Below are positions 30,344 to 40,861 of a stretch of DNA of 64,000 bases, piece by piece (position 1 is the stretch's first letter; each line of letters begins with the position of its first letter). Both the position numbers and the translations under genes were made by a program. The notes under the pieces are model-generated. The model was not told the DNA's origin. It made no database searches and saw only the letters and a list, made by a program, of their open reading frames with translations. The stretch lies in the sequence record NC_070999.1; one strand, given 5' to 3'.

Positions 30344-33300
30344 ATGGATCAAGATAAACTTAATACAGCTAAGTCGATACTTAATCACTTGGGTATAAAA
30401 CCCGAGACATTACCCGACTTTGTTACAGATGCTTACTCTAAACAGATACCTTGTGCTGATTTGGACGAACGTGTATTAGCTCATTATGATGACGAGTCAA
30501 TGCCCACACTTAGAACAGTCAGATTTTTAAAAGACTTCTCAAGATTTGGGGCGGGTATTCATTTAGAGACGACTAACAAAACGTTTTTAAGGACAGCTGA
30601 ACTATTTAGACAAATGGGCATTAAGAACTATTTCTTTATGCTTCAACTTAATAACCCATTACTCAAAGACGTAGACCCATGGGATCCGAATCTAACTGAT
30701 GAACAAAAGTTTATGGTGTTGGAAGAATCCCAAAACAACATTTGGTACACGTTAAGGGAATTGATCAAAATTGATGGAAGACGTTTCCAAGGAAACCGGG
30801 CTGTCATCTCTTTTATCTGGGCTTGTTTAAACCATATTCCGACATTGATCCTGATGCCTAGACAATCTGGGAAAGGGAATGAAGGGAATGCATCTGTTAA
30901 AGTACCTGGTGGGTGGTGCAAAGTAAAGGACCTTAAAGTAGGTGATGAAGTTACAGCTTGGGATGGAACGCTTAGTAAAGTAGTTGGTGTTTACCCCCAA
31001 GAAAAGCAGGATGTGTATAGTGTTAACTTCGTTGATGGACGGTCCTCAATAGTCGACGCTCAACATCTCTGGACGGTTTGGGACGCAGGTAAAGGTCGTC
31101 GTGGTAAATGGTTGACAATGGACACACTTGCTATTAAGGATAGAATCCCCGAATTAGTAAGAGCTAAAAACCATCTTTCTGTTAAACTCATTGAACCTGA
31201 CAAAACTACACCTCCTGCTAATCTACCAATACACCCTTATTTATTAGGTGTTTTACTTGGTGATGGATCAATGACATCGCGTAGTATTAGTTACTACAAA
31301 CCAGATCCGGAACTCCGTGAACGTGTTAGGAAAGTCATCCCTAAAGGGTTAGAACTTAGTGTTCCTGGACCTACAGCTAAAGATCAATGGTGCACAAGGT
31401 TTGTTAAATCGTCAGACTTTCAGTTAGGGTTTAACAGGGAGTTACCTGACTTACTTGATGAACTGGGGTTATTAGGTAAAGATACTTTTACTAAGTTTAT
31501 ACCTGAGTGTTATAAACTTGCTTCTCATGGTCAGCGTCTTCGGTTACTACAAGGATTGATGGATACAGACGGGACTGCTGAGAAGGGAGGAAATACTTAC
31601 TACTCTACTAGTAATGAACAACTAGCTAATGATGTTTTATACTTAGCTAGAAGCTTAGGTAATATTGCTAGGATTAAGAAAGAGCAGAAGTATTACACAC
31701 ATAAAGGGGTGCGTAAACCAGGTCAACCAAGTTATAGAGTTCTTATTCGTAGTAGGGAACCGTGGAACTTATTCCAAGATCCTAAGCGTAAGGAACGTGT
31801 ACAGAACTGTACGAGAGGGTTGGTGTTTAACAGTAAGCTAGCTATCTACTCTGTTGAGAAGCTTCCTGAGCAGGCTGAGACGATCTGTATTGAGATTGAT
31901 CACCCTGATCAGTTGTACATTGTGGATGACTTTGTAGTAACTCACAACACTGTTGGTATGCAGGTAATGGCTTTCATATTACAGTATATCATTGGTCGTG
32001 GTTATCGTAGTGGTCTAATTACACTCGCTGCTTCTAACCGTATGCAGTTCATTAATGCTCTTAAGAAGATTCGGGCCGGTCTTCCTGAGTACATGATTAA
32101 CATGAACTACAAAGATAAGGATGCTGGTAACATCTTATCTTATCAAGCGTTTGGTCAAGATAAAGAAAACACTTTTGAAGTAAAAGTACCTAGTGGGGGT
32201 GAAGATGGTGCAGAGAACGTATCTCGTGGTAACACGTTTGAAACGCTGCTGTACGATGAGCCAGCTTGGACTAAATACATCGAGAACATTATAAACGGTG
32301 CTGGCCCTAGTACATTGACTGCTCAGAAAAATGCTCGGGAAAAGGGTATTCCTTACTTCACAGCCAAAGCAACAACTCCTAATAGCATATTGAAAGATGA
32401 AGGCAAGTATATGCATGAGGAAATGCTGGGGAGTACTGAATGGAGAGAAGTCTTCTTCGATTGCTACAGTGAAACACAGCTAGTAGAAAAGGTGATGAAA
32501 GCTTCTCCGGTGAGAACTACTTATCCTAAATTTGCAATGCAGTTTAACCATTTACAATTAGGCTTTGGTCACGATTGGGTTAAACGAACAATGGATAAGT
32601 TAGGTTTGAGTTGGGCTAAGGCTAAAATCGATTTGCTTCTAATGTGGTCGGAAGAAGGGAAGAATAAACTCTTTGATGACAAGACACGTGAGAAACTTAA
32701 CGATAGTAAAGTCGAACCGATTTGGAATGAGGAGATAAATGATACTGGCTTATTTGTAGATTGGTTTGTCACTAAGGAGAGATTAGACGAGTTAGTTAAT
32801 GATCCAACTGAGTTTATCTTAATGGGTGTCGATACATCTGATGCTATTAACAAGGATGCTTGTACATTAGTATTACGACGTATGAAGACGGGCGAGAACA
32901 TTGGGGTAGGGCGTTATCCATTAGCTTTCTTGGATGATGTTACAACTGTTCTGCGTGAGATGATCTTGAGGATTGAAAACTCTTTATTGATTATTGAGCG
33001 TAACCGCGCCGCGCACATGATCGAGCAACTGTTACTGACATTACCAAGTTACGGAATAGATCCATTTAAACGTATATTTAATGATATTTATCAAGATCCA
33101 ATTAAATATAAAAATGAATATCGTGATGTTCAAGAAGTAATGTTCAAGTTTAGAACTAAAGAGTTTTATCTGAAACATAAAGCTAGATTTGGGTTCTTAA
33201 CTAATGCTGATACTCGTAGACAGATGTATGGGTTTATATTGGAAGCTGTGAGTAATACTGGTAGTGGGATTAGGTACGGTCATTTGGTTGATGAGCTAAT

Positions 33301-33724
33301 TGGTTTGGAAACTGATATGGATGGTCGCATCGATCACGGTAAGAAAGGTCACGATGACTTGGTAATTGCTTGGTTGTTAAGTTACTGGGCCATTCGTATG
33401 TTGAAGAATAGTTCGCTGTACGGTATTCCTCCAGGTCAAGCTTTGACACAAATCTCTACTTTAACTGGTAGTCAAGATGGTGAAAACTATACCAAAGATC
33501 AGCTAGAATTGTTTATGTTGATTAAGGAACGTATTGAACAGTTAAGTAAAGAACTGGAAGATAGTGATTCTGATATGGTAGGTAAACGTATTGAGTTAGA
33601 GATACGTAAATTAGGAGAATTCATTCCTAAGAGTCTCAAACGCGTACTGACCATTGACGAAATTATTAGCAATGCTTCTGCCGAACGTAGTAAACGTGCA
33701 ATCAATAGGCGTTTTAATAGATAA
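30344..33724 (+). CDS. terL: terminase large subunit (phiKZ gp25-like), intein-containing
   Basis: Walker A PRQSGK|T split by an intein; Walker B LLYDE; nuclease motifs MGVDTS and GHDDLVIA. Confidence 0.92.
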   Translation: MDQDKLNTAKSILNHLGIKPETLPDFVTDAYSKQIPCADLDERVLAHYDDESMPTLRTVRFLKDFSRFGAGIHLETTNKTFLRTAELFRQMGIKNYFFMLQLNNPLLKDVDPWDPNLTDEQKFMVLEESQNNIWYTLRELIKIDGRRFQGNRAVISFIWACLNHIPTLILMPRQSGKGNEGNASVKVPGGWCKVKDLKVGDEVTAWDGTLSKVVGVYPQEKQDVYSVNFVDGRSSIVDAQHLWTVWDAGKGRRGKWLTMDTLAIKDRIPELVRAKNHLSVKLIEPDKTTPPANLPIHPYLLGVLLGDGSMTSRSISYYKPDPELRERVRKVIPKGLELSVPGPTAKDQWCTRFVKSSDFQLGFNRELPDLLDELGLLGKDTFTKFIPECYKLASHGQRLRLLQGLMDTDGTAEKGGNTYYSTSNEQLANDVLYLARSLGNIARIKKEQKYYTHKGVRKPGQPSYRVLIRSREPWNLFQDPKRKERVQNCTRGLVFNSKLAIYSVEKLPEQAETICIEIDHPDQLYIVDDFVVTHNTVGMQVMAFILQYIIGRGYRSGLITLAASNRMQFINALKKIRAGLPEYMINMNYKDKDAGNILSYQAFGQDKENTFEVKVPSGGEDGAENVSRGNTFETLLYDEPAWTKYIENIINGAGPSTLTAQKNAREKGIPYFTAKATTPNSILKDEGKYMHEEMLGSTEWREVFFDCYSETQLVEKVMKASPVRTTYPKFAMQFNHLQLGFGHDWVKRTMDKLGLSWAKAKIDLLLMWSEEGKNKLFDDKTREKLNDSKVEPIWNEEINDTGLFVDWFVTKERLDELVNDPTEFILMGVDTSDAINKDACTLVLRRMKTGENIGVGRYPLAFLDDVTTVLREMILRIENSLLIIERNRAAHMIEQLLLTLPSYGIDPFKRIFNDIYQDPIKYKNEYRDVQEVMFKFRTKEFYLKHKARFGFLTNADTRRQMYGFILEAVSNTGSGIRYGHLVDELIGLETDMDGRIDHGKKGHDDLVIAWLLSYWAIRMLKNSSLYGIPPGQALTQISTLTGSQDGENYTKDQLELFMLIKERIEQLSKELEDSDSDMVGKRIELEIRKLGEFIPKSLKRVLTIDEIISNASAERSKRAINRRFNR
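30875..31948 (+). mobile_element. intein with LAGLIDADG homing endonuclease (358 aa, class 3 signature)
   Basis: Starts GNEGNASVKVPGGW and ends FVVTHN before Thr+1; LAGLIDADG blocks LLGVLLGDG and LQGLMDTDG; W(B12), C(F4), T(G5) triad. Confidence 0.9.
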
Positions 33725-33733
33725 GGTGTTATT

Positions 33734-33997
33734 ATGATTCATGGTTTAATGACAGTTGTTTGGTTACTGTTTTGTTATGTTACAGGGCTTAATGATTTAT
33801 ACTTAGTTCTTGCTTGCTTTTTTATTGGAAGAGAAGTAGCACAAGCTGAACAAAGGGTGACCTCACAATACTACGGTAATAAGAGAGTAAACGCTCCTTG
33901 GTATTGTGGTCTTGAGGAAAGAGCTTGGACTAAGAAAGGACTAATGGATTTCGGTATTCCTTGGTTAGTGACTTTGTGTTATAGTTTTATCATTTAA
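33734..33997 (+). CDS. small membrane protein
   Basis: 87 aa with 2-3 hydrophobic segments; AAGGTG SD. Confidence 0.7.
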   Translation: MIHGLMTVVWLLFCYVTGLNDLYLVLACFFIGREVAQAEQRVTSQYYGNKRVNAPWYCGLEERAWTKKGLMDFGIPWLVTLCYSFII

Positions 33998-34005
33998 TTA
34001 ATTTA

Positions 34006-34038
34006 AACTCTACTTACTCCTAAGGAGTAAGTAGAGTT
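34006..34038 (+). terminator. terminator hairpin, copy 1 of the tailspike-flanking repeat
   Basis: AACTCTACTTACTCC-TAA-GGAGTAAGTAGAGTT. Confidence 0.8.
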
Positions 34039-34104
34039 ATTTTATATTCTTTATTTTACTGATTTTATGACTCTTCCTAATTAATCTTTAAAGGGATAAA
34101 GAAT

Positions 34105-36495
34105 ATGCATAACACAGGTAACCCTTTACCGTCAAAAGACATCCTTGATCTTTATGACAACTCTGAGGTGGTGGATAACTTTGTCAATAGCCAGCAGGAT
34201 GAAGTGCCAGATCGTTTCGGCACCAAACGTTTAACATTAGCTGGTTTGATTAAACGTTCTATGGCTTTGCGAAATGAGATCAATGACTTTAGTGGGGCTT
34301 TAACATTCAAACCAGAATGGTCGGACGTTCCAATGAATGTCAGTGAAGGTGTAGGTGGAGAAGGCGGTGCCTTAAACCTTCAAGCTGAAGCGTTGGGGAA
34401 CAGAAGTGAAATTAATAAGATAACCTCGAGGGAAGCTTTACGTAGAACTTATTTAGAAGTGGGTTTAAATTTAGTTGATGGTAGTTTTGAACAAGGAACT
34501 GTAATTACTTCAACTACTGATGTAGTTCTTCATGAAAAGTCAGGTAAATGTTATTCAGGTCCTATTGGTAATGTTACCGCAGGGACAGATCCGGCTGGTG
34601 AAGGGTTTACTGACCGAAGTGGGGTCATTTACCCTGCAAATATTTTGAATTTTCCTGATTTCCTAACTGCGTGCATGAAGTCTGAGTCGTTGGTAATCTC
34701 CCGCGATTATACTGTTGGTGATGTCACTATCCCTAGCGACGCCAAGATAAAGACAATAGTCATCGAGAACTGCACACTCCGGTTGTCTAATTACAACCTA
34801 ACGTTCAACCTAGCCAAAGACCTAGTGCTAGATCTGTCTAATAACGGTGTTATCGACTGCGGATTAAAGAAAGTAAAGGTAGCACAGGACTATGCAGCTG
34901 GGGCTAACGTCATAACTGTTGATGATGCCAGTGGGTTGTCAGTTGGGGACCACCTGACAACATCGATGCTTGCAGTAACGGGGTCAAAGTGGGCAAATGC
35001 GATTCGCGTTCCAGGTGACGCATTTAACACCATCACTGCAATCAGCGGTAACACACTGACGATGCAGTACGGCGTTGATGCTGGGTTCACTCTGTACCGG
35101 AACACTTGGTTGGGCAACGCACGGTTTGATAAGTCAGGTTTGAGTTTCACTGGTTCCGGTTGCGTGAAAATACTCGGCGGGGAGATCAGGGAAAGTCGCG
35201 CTGGGTATTGGCTGTCTGTTAGCGGTTCTGTGGAGGTGTTGAGTTACGCAACTCGATACTCTGGCCAGTTCCTCGATGGTTTTAAATTGAACCATGCCGC
35301 CACCATTAAATTCTTTGACTGTAATGGGTATGGTTCATATGACCCATCGAAGCAGCTGGTTGTTTGGGACAGCACCGGGAATGTGGAGTTTTATGGTGGC
35401 AAATTCCATCGAGGGAATTTCGATGTTGATATTTATCATGCGGTTGATGGTGTAGCTCATGGGGATCTTGTTGTTCGTGGGACAACTTTTGATGGTACGT
35501 CTTTGATGGCGGTTAAGTCTGATCAGGTAGACACTATAAACGGTGGTGTTGTAGGAGACCACATAACGTATCTTGGCGATTCGTTGCACTTCCACACACT
35601 AGACCCATCCGGTTCCATAGCTAGTGTTGAAATCTCAGAAGGTTCTGAGTTTTTGAATTATCAGCGAGCGGTGACAGGTACAACTTACCTAGGTGCGCGT
35701 GGTAATCAAAGCATCGGTCGTGTGGTTATCAAGGATATTTATTCTGATTGTCCACCGTTCTACTACAAGAAAAATAGTAACACAATAACCATCGGTCAGT
35801 TTGACATCGGAACTCTATCCCTAAACCGCAAATATACCGCAAACCGGTATGTACTCGGTTACTCTGAGGCAAACGCGCCAGTTGTGTATGGTGGACGTGT
35901 TATGCTTACCCCGAACGGATCAACCCGAACTAACACGTCCATCCCTGGTGGTCTTGCCATTGACGAGTTATTCCTGAATGGCCCTGGGGTGGTGAGTATG
36001 GACAGCCCAACTAACGTAGCCCGACTTATAGTGAACACAGGTTCACTATACCGTGAGGCGGGGGATCAGGCTAATATAAACACTGATGTTACTCTCCTAA
36101 ATGGAGGCACTGTGTCCGGTTCCGAGTTTAATGTTGGCCGGGTAAACACCAACACTATTTTCGGTCCCGGAGACACCACGAAATTTGTGAAGGTTGGTTC
36201 TGTCCCCAACGGTGGTGGGTATGCTGGGCGGCTCATGTTATCTCCTCGATTTACTTACGGGGGGACAGCTGGGGTTTGTGCTGATGTTATTTTCTTCGCC
36301 CTAGATGGCGTGGCTTACACGGTTGCAGCGACCACCGGTAGCGCCAACATTCCTCATGGTGCGTACTGGGCACAAACGCCGATATATGTAGGAGGGACCG
36401 GTGTTGCCGTGGTAGTGAAAGTTGTGGGCGGAGTTGTTTACGTTAACGCTAACCACCCAACATTTTCGGTGGGGTTATCAATGCGTTTATGTTAA
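34105..36495 (+). CDS. tail fibre/tailspike (receptor-binding protein with probable beta-helix)
   Basis: N-terminus HNTGNPLPSKDILDLYDN and REALRRTY...GSFEQG, typical of phage tailspike adaptor domains; Gly/Asn/Thr-rich beta-type C-terminal body. Confidence 0.8.
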   Translation: MHNTGNPLPSKDILDLYDNSEVVDNFVNSQQDEVPDRFGTKRLTLAGLIKRSMALRNEINDFSGALTFKPEWSDVPMNVSEGVGGEGGALNLQAEALGNRSEINKITSREALRRTYLEVGLNLVDGSFEQGTVITSTTDVVLHEKSGKCYSGPIGNVTAGTDPAGEGFTDRSGVIYPANILNFPDFLTACMKSESLVISRDYTVGDVTIPSDAKIKTIVIENCTLRLSNYNLTFNLAKDLVLDLSNNGVIDCGLKKVKVAQDYAAGANVITVDDASGLSVGDHLTTSMLAVTGSKWANAIRVPGDAFNTITAISGNTLTMQYGVDAGFTLYRNTWLGNARFDKSGLSFTGSGCVKILGGEIRESRAGYWLSVSGSVEVLSYATRYSGQFLDGFKLNHAATIKFFDCNGYGSYDPSKQLVVWDSTGNVEFYGGKFHRGNFDVDIYHAVDGVAHGDLVVRGTTFDGTSLMAVKSDQVDTINGGVVGDHITYLGDSLHFHTLDPSGSIASVEISEGSEFLNYQRAVTGTTYLGARGNQSIGRVVIKDIYSDCPPFYYKKNSNTITIGQFDIGTLSLNRKYTANRYVLGYSEANAPVVYGGRVMLTPNGSTRTNTSIPGGLAIDELFLNGPGVVSMDSPTNVARLIVNTGSLYREAGDQANINTDVTLLNGGTVSGSEFNVGRVNTNTIFGPGDTTKFVKVGSVPNGGGYAGRLMLSPRFTYGGTAGVCADVIFFALDGVAYTVAATTGSANIPHGAYWAQTPIYVGGTGVAVVVKVVGGVVYVNANHPTFSVGLSMRLC

Positions 36496-36647
36496 AATAC
36501 CACTTTTATGATTTAACAAAAAGTTTATTCACATCGGCTTTGTTTATACAACTATTACGATGACTACATTCTTTCCATATCATCCTTGCTTCTAGTGTGG
36601 CAACAAGACGAGCTCTTGTTCTTTGTTTAAGCTTGAATGACGTTTTA

Positions 36648-36679
36648 AGTTCTACTTACTCCTAAGAGTAAGTAGAACT
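36648..36679. terminator. bidirectional terminator, copy 2 of the tailspike-flanking repeat
   Basis: AGTTCTACTTACTC-CTAA-GAGTAAGTAGAACT. Confidence 0.8.
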
Positions 36680-36712
36680 GTTTATTTCTTTTTATATTTT
36701 AACCTACTAACT

Positions 36713-37399
36713 TTACGCTGCTTGAAAATATTTACTCATTTTGTTTTTATGTTTCTTTTCTTCTTTTAATTGTTTACTCTTTTCAACAATACCAAGAAGA
36801 TTCACTAAATCAGTTTCATTAGATTTAACAATCTGAACATTTACTTCATATTGATCGACAAGATAATCCAGGCATCTCATATATTTGTTTCGATAAGAAT
36901 CAAACACTTCCTTATCTTTAAACATCAGATCTTTAGCATTAATTTCTCTACCTTCTTTAACAGCTTTTTCTAACCTACTTATGAACTCTTCATGAGAAAT
37001 ATCAATAAAGATCACCAAGTCTGGAATAATGTCAAACCCATAAGTTTTCAACAACTTCCTATTGAAACTAAAGATCTCACTTGGTGTAACTTCTTTATCA
37101 GATTGATAAACCATAGACGTAATAAAGTTACGATCACTGATTACATCTCGTCCATGTTGCAAATACGGACCTATGACCTTTTGAAAGGCTTCTACTCGTG
37201 CTGTTCCAAATCCTTGGATCTCTTCATCCTTGGTCATTGTGTTGCTAACAAGTTTTGCTTTAAATGCTTTACTCTCAGGAGTTTCATTGAAAGGTTCTGC
37301 TGTAACTCGTGCTTTAATAGCAGCTCCGAGCTTTTTACCCACAGTTGACTTCCCCGCCATTTCCATCCCTTCGAATACGATATACAATCCCACACTCAT
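36713..37399 (-). CDS. tmk: thymidylate (dTMP) kinase
   Basis: YIVFEGMEMAGKST P-loop, AEP, and VISDRNFITSMVYQ motifs. Confidence 0.9.
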   Translation of the reverse strand: MSVGLYIVFEGMEMAGKSTVGKKLGAAIKARVTAEPFNETPESKAFKAKLVSNTMTKDEEIQGFGTARVEAFQKVIGPYLQHGRDVISDRNFITSMVYQSDKEVTPSEIFSFNRKLLKTYGFDIIPDLVIFIDISHEEFISRLEKAVKEGREINAKDLMFKDKEVFDSYRNKYMRCLDYLVDQYEVNVQIVKSNETDLVNLLGIVEKSKQLKEEKKHKNKMSKYFQAA

Positions 37400-37404
37400 C
37401 TCCT

Positions 37405-38880
37405 TTATTTATAATAGTCGCGCACTAATGTTCTAATTACAATGTACAACATCAATCCATTCCGTAAACAAGCCACACTATACTGGGTTTTAATACCAGT
37501 CATAGATGTGATTAACTTATCACCATTCTTTCTAAGCTTGTGAACCAATTCGTTAATTGACTTGTTACTGGTATATCCACCACGTAACTTATATACTACG
37601 TTGCTCAAGTCATTATAACGAATAGAGTTAGAACTCAAATACTCAAAAAGGTGAGTAATGACATCATCTACAAACTCTCTGTATTTCTCACCCTTTGGGT
37701 GATTATACTGGGTAGGAAACTCTTTAACGACTAAAGCTAGTTTATCTTCAAACTGCTTCTGTGCTTTAGAGTCATCGATTGCCTTAGCAGCAAAACCCAA
37801 TAGTTCCTGTTTGTAGAAAGAATGTCCATCAGTAATGATGGTATTGATATAAGTACGAAAAGCGTTTACATTTTTCTGGATATCTTTCAGGTCAATCTGA
37901 CCATCACTAATTACAAAACCTGATTCTGTTTCCACCAGGTTAACGCTATCTTTTACTTCATAAAGCACTTTAGTGAAATCATTAACCACACCTTTCAAAC
38001 GAGATTCCATATCGTTTACCATGTAGACAATTTTCTTATCATTGTCCATTTTGGTAAAAGTGTCGTAGTGGATACCTGTTTTAGGATCAATAATGAATTC
38101 AGCACGTGCTTTAAACAGAGCATTCCAACTACCGTAACGTTTGATGTCAAACTTCATTGACAGTTTGTTATAAGCAGTTTGAGCGACACTAGGTTTTACC
38201 AAGTAAGCAAAATAGTGGTTCATGATAGATGTTAAAATACGATAGTGGAATAACACCACCAAATTAACTAAAGCATCATCTTTCATGTTCTTAGGTAAGT
38301 TAGACTTGTGAACTTTATGCATCAAATAAACAATGGATAAGTTAAATGCGTCCGAAGATACTTTAAAGTCTTTATTAATCCATTTGCATTTGATCAATTC
38401 ATCACGAAGTTTAACTTCATCAACATCAATGATGTCAGTAAAGAAAGCTACACGATCAGCAGTTTTAAATACGATACGATGTGTACCAAGATATGGAGTT
38501 CCGAAGAACTCTGCGTGATCATTATCTTTAGTTGCAAAACCATAGACAAACCGTCTAAGAGTAGAAACCCATTTGGGAGTGATTTCCAGGTCTTCTACCA
38601 ATCCTTCAAAAACACCATATACAGAGTGATCAGTATTATAGTTGTAATTTGGAGCTAAAGCTTCTAAACCAGCAATACATTCGGCAATATCTTCAAAGCT
38701 CTCTAAACCTCCTAGTTCTCTCATAGAACGAACCGGAGTAAACATAGAGCTAAGATACTCTTCACTGCCAGAAAGTTTACTAAGGACTTCCTGTAGCTCT
38801 AAAAAGCTATTATCGTAATCTGTTTCTTCTAAAGGTTCAGGATTAAATCTAGCTTGAACCTGATGACTAAATTGATTCAT
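37405..38880 (-). CDS. conserved chimallivirus-type virion-associated protein
   Basis: 491 aa; N-terminal GLES/AGLE cleavage-type sites; position near the terminase block. Confidence 0.55.
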   Translation of the reverse strand: MNQFSHQVQARFNPEPLEETDYDNSFLELQEVLSKLSGSEEYLSSMFTPVRSMRELGGLESFEDIAECIAGLEALAPNYNYNTDHSVYGVFEGLVEDLEITPKWVSTLRRFVYGFATKDNDHAEFFGTPYLGTHRIVFKTADRVAFFTDIIDVDEVKLRDELIKCKWINKDFKVSSDAFNLSIVYLMHKVHKSNLPKNMKDDALVNLVVLFHYRILTSIMNHYFAYLVKPSVAQTAYNKLSMKFDIKRYGSWNALFKARAEFIIDPKTGIHYDTFTKMDNDKKIVYMVNDMESRLKGVVNDFTKVLYEVKDSVNLVETESGFVISDGQIDLKDIQKNVNAFRTYINTIITDGHSFYKQELLGFAAKAIDDSKAQKQFEDKLALVVKEFPTQYNHPKGEKYREFVDDVITHLFEYLSSNSIRYNDLSNVVYKLRGGYTSNKSINELVHKLRKNGDKLITSMTGIKTQYSVACLRNGLMLYIVIRTLVRDYYK

Positions 38881-38895
38881 GTTAATCCTTCTCCA

Positions 38896-39747
38896 TTAAC
38901 GTTTTCTTGGGACCATCATCTTAAGTGTGTCAGAAACGCCCTTTGGATCCGCGTAACTTAAATGTTTCTTCATCTCTTCGTTAAAGAACTCTTTAAATTC
39001 CCTAGCTGAATCTGCGTATCTTTCTACATCGTCTCGTACATCGTCCACAGATACACCATAACGACTTACTGCTTCCTGCATTCCTCTACGACAGGTCTTA
39101 TAGATATAAGCCTTTGTAGCTAATTCTACAAGCTCGTAGAATTTATCGTACATCTTGGGAGGAATCACAGAAAAATGTTCATCATAAGCCAGCACTACTT
39201 TGGCTATCATATTAAACATTGCTGCACCAGCGTCCCTTATTAAGAAAGAGTTGTTTCCAGTCATGGTGAAGCTAGTGAAAGAGCGCTGAACATTACTATC
39301 ATCCAATCCAGACATTAGACGATTCAACGCATTACCCACTTGACCACCGCTCCCACAAGCACCATTACCAGCGGTCATGTTATACCCAGAAGCTATCGCG
39401 CGATTAAGATTACCTGGGTAAACTTCAATAACTGAAATAATTTTTCTACCGCCAGTAAGGAAATCAGGTACATTTACCGCTATAATGCCAGATTGTAAGT
39501 TGGTTATTCTAGCAGAACTCAAATCAATGACTTCAGACGAACCACCTGCAACGTTAACTAATGGAGCTACCATCTTGAGTATAACCTTCTCGCGGATACC
39601 TTGTTCAATACTGTACTCGGTGTTAACTGGCGACCATACAGATCCGTAAGACTGGTTTGGGTTGTCAAAGGCTAACTTTAACAAATACTCAGGGATATCA
39701 TTTACCCCTGATATTAAATTCTGAATAGAAAAATCAACGGGGTTCAT
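38896..39747 (-). CDS. conserved hypothetical/virion protein
   Basis: 283-aa ORF with GGAGG SD. Confidence 0.6.
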   Translation of the reverse strand: MNPVDFSIQNLISGVNDIPEYLLKLAFDNPNQSYGSVWSPVNTEYSIEQGIREKVILKMVAPLVNVAGGSSEVIDLSSARITNLQSGIIAVNVPDFLTGGRKIISVIEVYPGNLNRAIASGYNMTAGNGACGSGGQVGNALNRLMSGLDDSNVQRSFTSFTMTGNNSFLIRDAGAAMFNMIAKVVLAYDEHFSVIPPKMYDKFYELVELATKAYIYKTCRRGMQEAVSRYGVSVDDVRDDVERYADSAREFKEFFNEEMKKHLSYADPKGVSDTLKMMVPRKR

Positions 39748-39762
39748 AATAACCCTCCTATA

Positions 39763-39791
39763 TTTTTTCAGATAGATATTATTTAAGTGTT
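39763..39791 (+). promoter_or_regulatory. putative early promoter for the HNH gene
   Basis: TTTTTTCAGATAGATATTATTTAAGTGTT. Confidence 0.7.
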
Positions 39792-39808
39792 ACAATTGGA
39801 GAAATATA

Positions 39809-40861
39809 ATGAAAAATAGTTATCAAAATCTTGACTTTTATTTACTAACCGACATCCTGGAACTTAAATATGACGAGTCTAGTTCATATGATGAACGTGT
39901 TCAAAAGCGTTACAATTACGTTAAAGAGCAATTGGAACTAGATCCTAACTATGAAGGTTGGGACTATCCGGAATACTATAAATTTAAATACACTGGGGAA
40001 ATAATATATTTAAATTCATTTAACTATATAGTTTCTACGAATGGGAAATTTGCTGTATTGGACGACGATGGTACAAGATTTTCTTTATGTAATGGTTCTC
40101 GTAGCGGACCGTACAGAGAAATCAGCATCAGGGATCTGGAAAACAAAAGAATACACATGAACGTCCATAGAGTACTTGCTTGTACATTCATAATGGACGA
40201 ATACAAGGTTGGGGTTTGGAAGCTGTTCTGCAATCACAAGGATCTTAACAAACATAATGACACATTCATTAATTTAGAGTGGACAACACCAAGGGATAAC
40301 ATAATTCACGCATGGGTTAACGACGCGCATAAAACTCCCAGAACTTATCATGGAGGTAACGTTTTTATAGGTAAATATATTCTAGATGATGAGTATGAAG
40401 GTAAAACTTTTTCTATAGATGGTTCCAAGGGACTAATGGATGTTGGGTTAAACCACACTTTTGTAATTTCCAGTATATTAGGTAACTCCAAATGTTGCTA
40501 CGGGTTCATTTGGTCATTTGGCGTGCCTGAAGATTTGAACGTTTATCCTTCTATACCAATAACGTTAGCTAGTAGGGTTGCAACTGATGTAACTTACACA
40601 TTAGAAAGACTGATACCTATATTGGGAAAGATAATTGAAACCGGTGAAACATTTGTTTTGTATGGAAGAACTGAAATTTCTGACAATGGATTTAGCCAAT
40701 CTCCAAGCAAAGTTTTTGAATATTCAAAAACGGGTAAACCTTATAAAGGTTGTATTTTCAAAAGAGTGTCTAGGTTAGAAGGAAATAAACACCAAAGAGG
40801 CCTCACTAGAAAACAAATGGAATACTTAGGATTAAAATCTAAATATAAACAAAACAAATAA
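39809..40861 (+). CDS. free-standing HNH homing endonuclease (I-HmuI/NUMOD4-like)
   Basis: VHRVLACTF...CNHKDLNKHND...NLEWTT..DN motif; C-terminal repeated DNA-binding-type modules. Confidence 0.85.
   Translation: MKNSYQNLDFYLLTDILELKYDESSSYDERVQKRYNYVKEQLELDPNYEGWDYPEYYKFKYTGEIIYLNSFNYIVSTNGKFAVLDDDGTRFSLCNGSRSGPYREISIRDLENKRIHMNVHRVLACTFIMDEYKVGVWKLFCNHKDLNKHNDTFINLEWTTPRDNIIHAWVNDAHKTPRTYHGGNVFIGKYILDDEYEGKTFSIDGSKGLMDVGLNHTFVISSILGNSKCCYGFIWSFGVPEDLNVYPSIPITLASRVATDVTYTLERLIPILGKIIETGETFVLYGRTEISDNGFSQSPSKVFEYSKTGKPYKGCIFKRVSRLEGNKHQRGLTRKQMEYLGLKSKYKQNK

Noticed and set aside
36496-36647. Intergenic stretch after the tailspike
   Set aside because: Only very short ORFs and weak hairpins; no supportable feature.
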